NCBI GenBank assembly: GCA_947085655.1
Contig: CAMTXH010000003.1
Location: 29,850-93,849 of the forward strand
From: an uncultured Omnitrophica bacterium
GTDB taxonomy: Bacteria > Omnitrophota > Gorgyraeia > JACQQV01
DNA length: 64,000 bases
Reading direction: 5' to 3'
In this document: piece by piece, positions 12,203 through 20,641 of the stretch
How positions within the stretch are numbered: position 1 is the stretch's first letter
How the letters are laid out: each line of letters opens with the position of its first letter
Notes under the pieces: model-generated
The model's input: the letters and a program-made list of their open reading frames with translations, nothing else
The model's database searches: none
Told to the model about the DNA's origin: nothing
Translations under genes and position numbers: made by a program

Positions 12203-14010
12203 TGCGAAGCCACCGATGCGGCGAACTCCGGAGTGATGCGATCGGGAAGGAGGTCGCCCTCTGCGGTTGGGTTCACCGGCGCCGGGATCACGGGGGGCTG
12301 ATTTTCATTGATCTAAGGGACATCTCGGGACTGGCCCAGGTTGTCTTTCATCCCGACAACAAAAAAGTCTTTCAAGAGGCGAAGGGGCTCCGGGGAGAAT
12401 TTGTGCTTCGGGTCCGGGGAAAAGTTCAGAGACGCCCGAAAGGAACCGAGAATCCGAATCTTGCCACCGGAGAAGTGGAGATCGTCTGCGATTCCTTCGA
12501 AACATTCAATCCGTCTGAAACTCCTCCTTTTGAAGTGGAAGAACAGACCACCGCTTCGGAGGAGGTCCGGCTCGCTTATCGTTATATCGACCTTCGCCGA
12601 GAGAACATGAAGAAAAATTTGATTCTCCGGCACCGGGTGACCCAGCGGGTCCGGAATTTTCTCGACCGGGAGGGATTCATCGATGTGGAAACGCCGATCC
12701 TCACCAAAAGCACGCCGGAGGGGGCCCGGGATTTTCTGGTGCCGAGCCGGTTGAGCCCCGGCACATTTTATGCCCTTCCGCAGTCTCCCCAGCTTTTCAA
12801 ACAGCTCCTCATGGTCTCGGGACTCGACCGTTATTTTCAAATTTCTCGCTGTTTCCGGGATGAGGATCTCCGGGCGGACCGCCAGCTGGAATTCACCCAG
12901 ATCGATATCGAAATGTCATTTCCGGAAGAGAAGACCTTTTTTGAATTGATGGACCGGCTCCTGAAAGATGTTTTCGAGAATGCTTCCGATTTGATCGGGA
13001 AAAAACTGGATTGCACCTTTCAGAGGATGACGTACCAGGAGGCGATTGACCGTTTTGGCGCCGATTCACCGGACCTCCGGTTCGGAGTGGAATTGCAGGA
13101 CCTGACAGATCTTCTCCGGGATTGCGGTTTTAAGGCCTTTGAGTCTGTCGCGAGTAGCGGAGGACGGATCCTCGGGATCAATGCCCCGGGCGGAGTCAAA
13201 CTTTCGGGGAAGCAAATTGAGAAATTAAGAGAAGAGGTAAAGGAACGGGGCGCGCCCGATATCGCTTCTTTTAAATATGAAAAGGGGGAACTGGTCTCCC
13301 CCTTCTCGCATTTTTTCCGAAAGGAGTCTCTCGCCAAAGTCCAAAAAAAATTGGGGATCGGACAACATGACCTTGCCCTGATCGTTGCCGCCAAAGACCC
13401 GTTCAACTGGCAGGCGCTCGGAAGAGTCAGGGATTGCCTGAAGGAGAAAAACTACCTTGAAGACGTTCTTCTCAAGGGAAAGGAAAAGGAGTGCCGGTTT
13501 GTCTGGATTATCGATTTTCCCCTTTTTATCCGGGACGATGAGGGGAATATTGTGTCATCCCACCACCCCTTTACGGCACCCCACCCGGAAGACGTCCCCC
13601 GCCTCGAAAAAACCGGGGAGGAGTTGCTTGCCGTCCGTTCGCGTGCCTATGACCTTGTTCTGAACGGGATTGAACTCGGAAGCGGAAGTGTGAGGATTCA
13701 TGACCGCGGCGTCCAAGAAAAGATTTTTGAGAAACTGAAACTCTCCAAACAGGAACAAGAATCGCGCTTCGGATTTTTATTGAAGGCCTTTCAGTACGGA
13801 GCACCGCCGCATGGCGGCATCGCGTTCGGATTGGACCGTTTGGTCGCGATACTGGTGGATTTCCGGGAGGAGAAGTTTTCCGACACAGAACAAGCGACCA
13901 GCATCCGGGAAGTCATTGCATTTCCCAAAACACAGAAGGGGAGCTGTCCCTTGACCATTGCCCCTTCCGACGTCCCACGGGAGAAATTGAAGGAACTGGG
14001 GTTGAAATAG
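12202..14010 (+). CDS. aspS: aspartate--tRNA ligase
   Basis: The 602-aa product has an OB-fold N-terminus and a class II core. Its ATG overlaps the hisS stop. Confidence 0.95.
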   Translation: MRSHRCGELRSDAIGKEVALCGWVHRRRDHGGLIFIDLRDISGLAQVVFHPDNKKVFQEAKGLRGEFVLRVRGKVQRRPKGTENPNLATGEVEIVCDSFETFNPSETPPFEVEEQTTASEEVRLAYRYIDLRRENMKKNLILRHRVTQRVRNFLDREGFIDVETPILTKSTPEGARDFLVPSRLSPGTFYALPQSPQLFKQLLMVSGLDRYFQISRCFRDEDLRADRQLEFTQIDIEMSFPEEKTFFELMDRLLKDVFENASDLIGKKLDCTFQRMTYQEAIDRFGADSPDLRFGVELQDLTDLLRDCGFKAFESVASSGGRILGINAPGGVKLSGKQIEKLREEVKERGAPDIASFKYEKGELVSPFSHFFRKESLAKVQKKLGIGQHDLALIVAAKDPFNWQALGRVRDCLKEKNYLEDVLLKGKEKECRFVWIIDFPLFIRDDEGNIVSSHHPFTAPHPEDVPRLEKTGEELLAVRSRAYDLVLNGIELGSGSVRIHDRGVQEKIFEKLKLSKQEQESRFGFLLKAFQYGAPPHGGIAFGLDRLVAILVDFREEKFSDTEQATSIREVIAFPKTQKGSCPLTIAPSDVPREKLKELGLK

Positions 14011-14097
14011 GGACGTTTTCAGAAAGTGTCCTCCTGGCCTGCCGGCCAGGGCAGGCCAGCGTGAGGGAGATACAAGGGACACTTTCGAAAACGTCCC
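14009..14097 (+). other. long imperfect hairpin (20-bp stem, 1-nt bulge) carrying conserved motif ACTTTCGAAAACGTCCC; enclosed nested palindrome TGGCCTGCC-GGCCAGG-GCAGGCCA
   Basis: GGACGTTTTCAGAAAGTGTCC (14011-14031) pairs with GGACACTTTCGAAAACGTCC (14077-14096). It lies between the aspS stop and a lipoprotein gene. Confidence 0.5.
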
Positions 14098-14115
14098 AAG
14101 AAAAGGAGCACGACA

Positions 14116-14772
14116 ATGGGCCGTTTCGAAAAGAGCATGTTCAAAATTTTGATTTGGGTGGCGATTCTCTTTGTCTTTTCCGGATGTCTCCGGAAGGTGC
14201 AGGTGGTGAGGCGCGAACGGGTGGACCAAACGCTTGCAGGGAACCGGGGTGTCCTTCTGGGACCTGTTCCGACGACTCCCTCGACGGCGTCAAAGACCCG
14301 GGAGTATATTGAATGGGATTTTGAAGTCCCCACCTATGAAGTCCAGGTTCAGGTGCCTGAATGGCGCCGCGAGTCGGTTGATAAGGAAATCTGGGGAAAC
14401 CGAGGATATCTGTCCGGCAGTTCGGCAAGAAGCGCCCAGGCACCGCGGGTCAGTGTACCTCCTTCAACCCCCAGGCCTCTTCCTCCGAAAACCCCTGTCG
14501 TCTCCCCTGTTCCGGAGACGCCGCCGAAGCCGTTTTGGGAAAAACTTCCCTCAAGGCAGCCCAAACCAGCCGATTTTACCTCTTATACCGTCCAGCGCGG
14601 CGACACATTGGGCAAGATTTCAACCGACGTCTACGGAACCTCGAGAGGATGGCAGCAGATTTACGAGGCGAATCGCGATCTGTTGAGCGACCCGAACCGC
14701 CTGAAGCCGGGACAGACCCTCCGGATTCCGCCGTGGGAAAAGACAAGAAAACCCTCCTCCGGGATCAAATAA
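14116..14772 (+). CDS. proline-rich lipoprotein with C-terminal LysM domain
   Basis: It has a signal peptide and lipobox VFSGC. A Pro-rich linker precedes the LysM domain YTVQRGDTLGKIS...GQTLRIP. An AAGGAG RBS is present. Confidence 0.75.
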   Translation: MGRFEKSMFKILIWVAILFVFSGCLRKVQVVRRERVDQTLAGNRGVLLGPVPTTPSTASKTREYIEWDFEVPTYEVQVQVPEWRRESVDKEIWGNRGYLSGSSARSAQAPRVSVPPSTPRPLPPKTPVVSPVPETPPKPFWEKLPSRQPKPADFTSYTVQRGDTLGKISTDVYGTSRGWQQIYEANRDLLSDPNRLKPGQTLRIPPWEKTRKPSSGIK

Positions 14773-14775
14773 CCG

Positions 14776-15750
14776 ATGGCTGAGAAACAGATTCCCCTGA
14801 AAGATACGGAAGAAGCAAAGATCCTTTTTGGCAGGCATGACGACCATCTCAGACTGATTGAAAAGGAATTCGGCATCGAACTGTTCTCCCGCGGCGAGGA
14901 GTTGGTCCTGAAGGGAGACGAAAAGGGCGTTGAGAAGGTTGCCAAAATGATCGAGACGCTCCTGGCGGTCATCCGGAAGGGGGCGCAGATCCGGATGCAT
15001 GATTTGATTTATGCCATCCGAACCGCCAAGGAGGATCATCTGGACCGGCTTCCGGGAATCTACCTTGACCGGATTGAGGTCTCCTCAAAGCGACACTCTG
15101 TCACCCCCAAGACGGAAGGACAGAAACGGTACGTGGATGCCATCCGGAAGCACGACATCGTCTTCGGCATAGGCCCGGCCGGAACCGGAAAAACGTATTT
15201 GGCTATGGCGATGGCGGTCCAGGCGCTCCGACAAGAGGAAGTGAGCCGAATTATCCTCACACGGCCTGCGGTGGAGGCGGGGGAGAAACTCGGGTTTCTT
15301 CCGGGAGACATGCAGGAGAAGGTCACGCCGTATCTTCGCCCGCTTTATGATGCCCTTTATGACATGATGGAGGTGGACCAAATCGAGCGGTATGTGGAAC
15401 GGGGGATTATTGAGGTGGCGCCGTTGGCCTTCATGCGCGGGAGGACCCTCAACGATGCCTTCATCATCCTGGATGAGGCGCAGAATTCCACTCAGGAACA
15501 GATGAAGATGTTTCTGACACGGCTCGGCTTTGATTCCAAAACGGTCATTACGGGGGATATCACCCAGGTCGATCTTCCCGGTGACAAGACATCCGGTCTG
15601 GTCCATGTCCAGGGTCTTTTGAAGGAGATCGACGGTATTTCCTTTGTCTATTTCACCGGTCAGGATGTGGTCCGCCATGAACTGGTCCAGCAGATTGTGG
15701 AGGCGTATGAAAAGGCAGGGGGAAACAGCATCGCCCAGAACAAAAAATGA
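14776..15750 (+). CDS. phoH: PhoH family ATPase
   Basis: The product has a KH-like N-terminus and a Walker A motif GPAGTGKT. Confidence 0.9.
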   Translation: MAEKQIPLKDTEEAKILFGRHDDHLRLIEKEFGIELFSRGEELVLKGDEKGVEKVAKMIETLLAVIRKGAQIRMHDLIYAIRTAKEDHLDRLPGIYLDRIEVSSKRHSVTPKTEGQKRYVDAIRKHDIVFGIGPAGTGKTYLAMAMAVQALRQEEVSRIILTRPAVEAGEKLGFLPGDMQEKVTPYLRPLYDALYDMMEVDQIERYVERGIIEVAPLAFMRGRTLNDAFIILDEAQNSTQEQMKMFLTRLGFDSKTVITGDITQVDLPGDKTSGLVHVQGLLKEIDGISFVYFTGQDVVRHELVQQIVEAYEKAGGNSIAQNKK

Positions 15751-16187
15751 AGATTACCATCACGAATCGCCAGCGGCTCCTTCCCATTTCACCCGTTCAA
15801 GTCCGGCGGATAGCAAAAAATGTCTTGAAGCACTTCCAGTTGAAGGAGACTCGTTTGAACATTCTCTTCCTGGATGACAAGGCGATCGCTGAACTTCACA
15901 GGCGCTTTCTGGGCAAAGACGGTCCCACGGATGTTTTGGCGTTCGGGATGCAGGAGGGAAAATCTTTGAGAGGGGATCCGCATCTTTTGGGGGACATTGC
16001 CATCTCCGCGGAGAGGGCCCTGGACCAGTCCAAACGGCTCCGTGTCTCCGTCCAAAAGGAACTTGCCCTTTACGTCATCCACGGAATCCTCCACCTTTTG
16101 GGTTACGACGACCATGACCGGCGGGCCCACCTTTTGATGCGGCGCAAGGAAAAGGAACTTCTGAGACTGTGCCGAAACGGGGACTGA
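15747..16187 (+). CDS. ybeY: rRNA maturation RNase YbeY
   Basis: The 146-aa product carries the HGILHLLGYDH zinc motif. Confidence 0.9.
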   Translation: MKITITNRQRLLPISPVQVRRIAKNVLKHFQLKETRLNILFLDDKAIAELHRRFLGKDGPTDVLAFGMQEGKSLRGDPHLLGDIAISAERALDQSKRLRVSVQKELALYVIHGILHLLGYDDHDRRAHLLMRRKEKELLRLCRNGD

Positions 16188-16870
16188 CGGAAAGTTTCAA
16201 CAACGCCATCGAAGGAATTGTCCATGCGGTCAGGACGCAGCGGAATCTCTGGATTCATCTGACTGCGGGCGTCGGCGTTTTGGTGTTGGCGGTTCTTTTG
16301 GGGGTTAACCGTTTTGAGTTTGCGCTTTTGATTCTGACGATTGCATTCGTGATTGCAGCCGAGATGCTGAACACCGCCGTGGAACTTTTGATTGACCTGA
16401 CAAAAGACCATCTTCATCCGGTGGCCCGCGCCGCCAAAGATGTGGCGGCGGGAGGCGTCCTGGTGGCTGCGGTGAGCGCTTTCGGTATCGGCTGTTTGAT
16501 TTTTGCGGAGCGGTTCAAGCGGTTCCTCGAGGGAACGCTCGAGCAGGTGCGGCTTGTGCCTTGGCATGTGAGCGTCCTGGCGCTCACCGCTGTTCTTTTG
16601 GCCGTGATCTCCCTCAAGTTTTTTTTCCGGCGGGGCACACCGGTTTTGGGCGGAATGCCGAGCGGTCATGCCGCCTTTGCCTTTTCGCTCTGGACGCTAG
16701 TGGCCCTTTTCCAGCCGAACCTTTTGGTGACGGTTTTGGTCCTGGTTTTGGCGGTTCTGGTCGCCCGGCACCGGGTTCGGGCTGGTTTCCATACGTTTCT
16801 GGAATCGGCGGCAGGGGCTTTTCTCGGGATCCTGGTGACGTTTCTGGTCATGAGGGTTCTCGGCGTATGA
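16169..16870 (+). CDS. dgkA: diacylglycerol kinase (DgkA) fused to PAP2-type phosphatase domain
   Basis: The N-terminus ESFNNAIEGIVHAVRTQRNLWIHL...AAEMLNTAVE is DgkA-like. The C-terminus has the PAP2 motif GGMPSGHAAFAFSLWT. It has a GTG start. Confidence 0.8.
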   Translation: MPKRGLTESFNNAIEGIVHAVRTQRNLWIHLTAGVGVLVLAVLLGVNRFEFALLILTIAFVIAAEMLNTAVELLIDLTKDHLHPVARAAKDVAAGGVLVAAVSAFGIGCLIFAERFKRFLEGTLEQVRLVPWHVSVLALTAVLLAVISLKFFFRRGTPVLGGMPSGHAAFAFSLWTLVALFQPNLLVTVLVLVLAVLVARHRVRAGFHTFLESAAGAFLGILVTFLVMRVLGV

Positions 16871-17616
16871 TCCAAACCACCGACGGGGTCATTCTCCGTT
16901 CCGTCCTTTTCCGCGAAACGAGCCAGCTGGTTACCTTTTTGACCCCCGACTTCGGGAAGGTATTTGCCTTGGCCAAAGGGGTCCGGCGAAAGCCGCGGCG
17001 GTTCGGCTCCACCTTCGATCTTTTTACCTGTAACCGGATTGTTTTTTACGAAAGGGACCGGTCGAACCTTCAGCTGTTGACCCAGTGCGACTTGGTCGAT
17101 CCTTTTTCCGCCATCCGTTCCGATCTGAAAAAGATGGCGGTGGCGGTCTATTTCTCGGAACTCACCGACCGGGCTACCGAGCCGAAAGACCCGAGCGGTC
17201 GGATGTATGCCCTTCTTTTGGAAGGGCTCAAGGCCCTCGCCGAAAAAGATGCGCACGAAGAGACGATGCGGATTTTTGAGGTCAAACTCCTTTCCATTTC
17301 CGGCTGGATGCCGGAACTCTCCCGCTGTCAGCGTTGCCGCGGGGAATTGACGGAGCGGGTTATCTTGAGTCCATCGAGAGAGGGGGTCTGGTGCGGTCGC
17401 TGTTTCAAGGAGGGATCCGGAGCGGTCCCCCTTTCGAGAGGGTCGCTTGTCTGCCTACAACAGTTGGCCAGGACACCCTGGGAGCGGGTCTTCCGAATCC
17501 GAATGTCAAAGACTAGCCGCCAAGAACTGAAAACGGTTTTGGAGCAGTGCATCGATTTTCACCTCGATGTCAAAATTCAATCCCGCCGCTTTTTAAAGGA
17601 GCTTGAAGCGCTTTGA
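16867..17616 (+). CDS. recO: DNA repair protein RecO
   Basis: The 249-aa product starts MIQTTDGVILR and has a CxxC...CxxC zinc motif. Its ATG overlaps the dgkA stop. The longer ORF-track frame from 16561 overlaps dgkA and is rejected. Confidence 0.85.
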   Translation: MIQTTDGVILRSVLFRETSQLVTFLTPDFGKVFALAKGVRRKPRRFGSTFDLFTCNRIVFYERDRSNLQLLTQCDLVDPFSAIRSDLKKMAVAVYFSELTDRATEPKDPSGRMYALLLEGLKALAEKDAHEETMRIFEVKLLSISGWMPELSRCQRCRGELTERVILSPSREGVWCGRCFKEGSGAVPLSRGSLVCLQQLARTPWERVFRIRMSKTSRQELKTVLEQCIDFHLDVKIQSRRFLKELEAL

Positions 17617-18479
17617 ATTTTCAAGATCTGATCGCCGCGTTGAACGATTTTTGGAAGAAAGAGGACTGTATTCTCCTTCAGCCGCTCGATGTGGAAATGG
17701 GGGCCGGAACGTTCCATCCGGCAACCTTCTTCAAGGTCTTGGGAAAGGACCCCTGGCGGACGGCGTATGTTCAGCCCTGCCGGCGGCCGACCGACGGGCG
17801 GTACGGCGAAAACCCCTTCCGAACCCAGCATTATTTTCAATATCAGGTCATTCTCAAACCGTCGCCGGAAGACGTTCAGCGGCTTTACCTGGAAAGTCTC
17901 AAATCGGTCGGCGTCCGCCTGAAGGAGCATGACGTCCGTTTTGTGGAGGACGACTGGGAGTCGCCGACGCTGGGGGCACAGGGGCTCGGATGGGAGGTTT
18001 GGCTGGACAGTCTGGAAGTGACGCAGTTCACCTATTTCCAACGGATTGCAGGGATTGACCTTGAGGTCATTCCGTGCGAGCTGACTTACGGGCTTGAGCG
18101 GGTCTGTATGTTCCTTCAGGGAGAGTATGACCTTTTCAAACTCAAATGGTCCGAGGGTACGACCTACGGCGACCTTTACCGGAAGAACGAAGAAGAATGC
18201 TCCCGTTACAACTTCGAGAAAAGTGACCCGAAGCTTTTTTTGGAACTTTTCAACCGGTATGAATCGGAAATGAAGCGGATGATTGAAGAGGATCTTTTGC
18301 CGTCCGCTTATGATTTTGTGTTGAAGATGTCCCATGTCTTTAATCAGTTGGATGCGCGGGGGGCGGTGAGTCAGATGGAGCGCCCGACCTTCATCGGACG
18401 GGTCCGGAATGCGGCCAAAAAATGCGCGGAACTTTATCTGGAACGGCTGAATGAAACCGAAAAAACAAAAGCAAAATAA
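17613..18479 (+). CDS. glyQ: glycine--tRNA ligase alpha subunit
   Basis: The 288-aa product starts with TTG and reads MNFQDLIAALNDFW. Confidence 0.95.
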   Translation: MNFQDLIAALNDFWKKEDCILLQPLDVEMGAGTFHPATFFKVLGKDPWRTAYVQPCRRPTDGRYGENPFRTQHYFQYQVILKPSPEDVQRLYLESLKSVGVRLKEHDVRFVEDDWESPTLGAQGLGWEVWLDSLEVTQFTYFQRIAGIDLEVIPCELTYGLERVCMFLQGEYDLFKLKWSEGTTYGDLYRKNEEECSRYNFEKSDPKLFLELFNRYESEMKRMIEEDLLPSAYDFVLKMSHVFNQLDARGAVSQMERPTFIGRVRNAAKKCAELYLERLNETEKTKAK

Positions 18480-20565
18480 CTCGAGCGAACTTCTCCTTGA
18501 AATCGGCACGGAGGAAATTCCGTGGTCCTACCTTGAGGGCCTTGGGGATCCCGAGCGCGGTCTCAATGCCCTTGTGAAAACGCTCCTTCCTGAATCCTTC
18601 CGGGATGAAGCAGAAATCAGGAGTTTTCAGACGCCCTGCCGGATCGTCCTTTGGGTCCTGGGACTTCCTCCATTTGATGAAAGGAAAGAGGAGGTTGTGG
18701 GTCCCAGGAAAGAGGCCTGCTATGGCTCCGACGGGAAGCCGACGGCCGCGCTTCAGGGATTCTTGAAAAGTAAAAATGCGGCTGCTAGAGATTTGACTGA
18801 GGAAAAAGGACGGATGGTCATTCGGAGAAGCGTCCGGACTTCCACCGAAACTCTTTTAAAGATCCAAATCCAGCATCTTGTCCAGCTTTTGAGCTTTCCC
18901 AAAATGATGCGTTGGAATGAGAGGGATATCCGTTTCCCGAGACCGGTCCGATGGCTTCTCTGTCTTTACAACGGGAAGGTTCTTCCGCTTTCAGACCTCC
19001 CCTTCAAGGCGGATCGAAAAACGTTCGGCTTGGGGCCGTTCAAAAAACCGCGTAGTATCCAAAAGCCGCCGGAATACTTCTCCTTTTTAAAAAAGGAGGG
19101 GATTCTTCTGGAGGAATTTTCCACACCCGACGGAGAAGGGGAACGGAAACGGACCATCCGGAAGCAATGTGAGCAGCTGGTCAGGCGGCTTGGGGGAGAT
19201 CCGGCCCGGATCGACCCGGCGCTTCTGGCTGAGGTGACAAACCTTGTCGAAAAACCGTTCCTTTTCGCCGGCACGGTCAATAAAACCTATCTTGATCTTC
19301 CGAAAGAGGTGTTGATTGCGAGCATGGCGAAGTATCAGCGGCTTTTTGCGGTGGAAGACCGCCGCGGAAAACTCCTTCCTTCTTTCATCGCCTGCGCCAA
19401 CGGAAGACCGTCTTTGGTCAAAATCCGGAAAAACTACGAGCAGGTATTAAATGCGCGTCTTGAGGATGCCCACTTCTTTTTCACAGCGGACATGCGCGAA
19501 ACACTCTCCCGGAAACGGGACCGGCTGAAACAGCTTATCTATCATCGAAAACTCGGGACGATGTTCGATAAATCGGAACGGATGGCAGAGGTGGCTTCGG
19601 CCCTTGCCGGGAAGGTCGGAGTTCAGGAATTCGCATTGGCTCAGGCCGCACGGCTTGCCAAAAATGACCTTGTGACGGCAATGGTCAAAGAATTTCCGTC
19701 GCTTCAGGGGGTGATCGGGTACTATTACGCGCGGAGGGAAGGGGTTTCGGAGGAGATTTCCCGCGCCCTTTGGGAGCAGTATTTGCCGAAGGGAACCGAT
19801 GCGGAACTCCCCAAAACGGCGCTGGGGGCGGCCCTTTCGTTCCTTGAAAAACTCGACCATCTGACCGGCTTTTTCCATGCGGGTGAAGTGCCGACCGGAA
19901 GCATGGACCCCTACGGTCTCCGGAGGGCCGCCAACGCCCTTTTCAGGATTCTCCTCGAGAGAAAATGGCATCTTCCTTTTGCGGAACTGGTCGAGAAAAA
20001 CCTCGAGCGCTTTTCGGCTGCCCTCGAAACCCGGTTGAAACTCCATGAATTTCTTCTGGAGCGTTTGAAGAGCATTTGTCGGGAGAGGGGATACCGGAGC
20101 GACTTGGTTGAAGCGGTGTCGCGTGACCTCCGGGACCCGGTCGAAACGGAAAAGAAGCTGAGTTCCCTTAGTCAGATGATGTCCACGCAGAAGGAGACCT
20201 TTTTGGCCGCTTTCAAGGTGGTGGAGCGGACCCACAACATCCTGAAACCGGTACAACCCAAAGAACAGCAGGGACTTGGGAGCGTCCGGCCGGACCTTTT
20301 CCAGGATGAAATTGAAAAAAACCTCTGGAACTTATACAATACAGGGAAGCGTCCGATTGAGAAACTGATCGCCGAAAGCGCCTGGAGCCAGGCCACGGCC
20401 CGTTATGCCCAGACCTTTTCGGAAACGTTGCATCAGTTTTTTGATAAGGTTTTGGTTAATGTGGAAGATCCGGGCATCCGGCGTAACCGCCTGGCTCTGA
20501 TGAAAGAAATCAACGAACTCTATACCAAGCCGGTGGCGGATCTCTCCAAACTGATCATTGAATAA
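18451..20565 (+). CDS. glyS: glycine--tRNA ligase beta subunit
   Basis: The 704-aa product contains LLLEIGTEEIP. It overlaps glyQ by 29 nt because no alternative in-frame start exists. Confidence 0.9.
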   Translation: MKPKKQKQNNSSELLLEIGTEEIPWSYLEGLGDPERGLNALVKTLLPESFRDEAEIRSFQTPCRIVLWVLGLPPFDERKEEVVGPRKEACYGSDGKPTAALQGFLKSKNAAARDLTEEKGRMVIRRSVRTSTETLLKIQIQHLVQLLSFPKMMRWNERDIRFPRPVRWLLCLYNGKVLPLSDLPFKADRKTFGLGPFKKPRSIQKPPEYFSFLKKEGILLEEFSTPDGEGERKRTIRKQCEQLVRRLGGDPARIDPALLAEVTNLVEKPFLFAGTVNKTYLDLPKEVLIASMAKYQRLFAVEDRRGKLLPSFIACANGRPSLVKIRKNYEQVLNARLEDAHFFFTADMRETLSRKRDRLKQLIYHRKLGTMFDKSERMAEVASALAGKVGVQEFALAQAARLAKNDLVTAMVKEFPSLQGVIGYYYARREGVSEEISRALWEQYLPKGTDAELPKTALGAALSFLEKLDHLTGFFHAGEVPTGSMDPYGLRRAANALFRILLERKWHLPFAELVEKNLERFSAALETRLKLHEFLLERLKSICRERGYRSDLVEAVSRDLRDPVETEKKLSSLSQMMSTQKETFLAAFKVVERTHNILKPVQPKEQQGLGSVRPDLFQDEIEKNLWNLYNTGKRPIEKLIAESAWSQATARYAQTFSETLHQFFDKVLVNVEDPGIRRNRLALMKEINELYTKPVADLSKLIIE

Positions 20566-20591
20566 ATAGAGAGGGATGATTCAAGGGATAC

Positions 20592-20629
20592 CCGGCCTGT
20601 CGGCCAGGACAGACTTTCGAAAACGTCCC
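20592..20629 (+). other. second copy of intergenic motif GGCCTGYCGGCCAGGRCAG + ACTTTCGAAAACGTCCC
   Basis: It shares a 17-nt identity with 14081-14097. It lies between the glyS stop and the ppdK start. Confidence 0.45.
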
Positions 20630-20641
20630 CAGAAAGGATAC

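Noticed and set aside
16561-16866. Upstream in-frame extension of recO (ORF track start 16561)
   Set aside because: It overlaps the dgkA-PAP2 gene in another frame. RecO homology begins at MIQTTDG (16867), whose ATG overlaps the dgkA stop.
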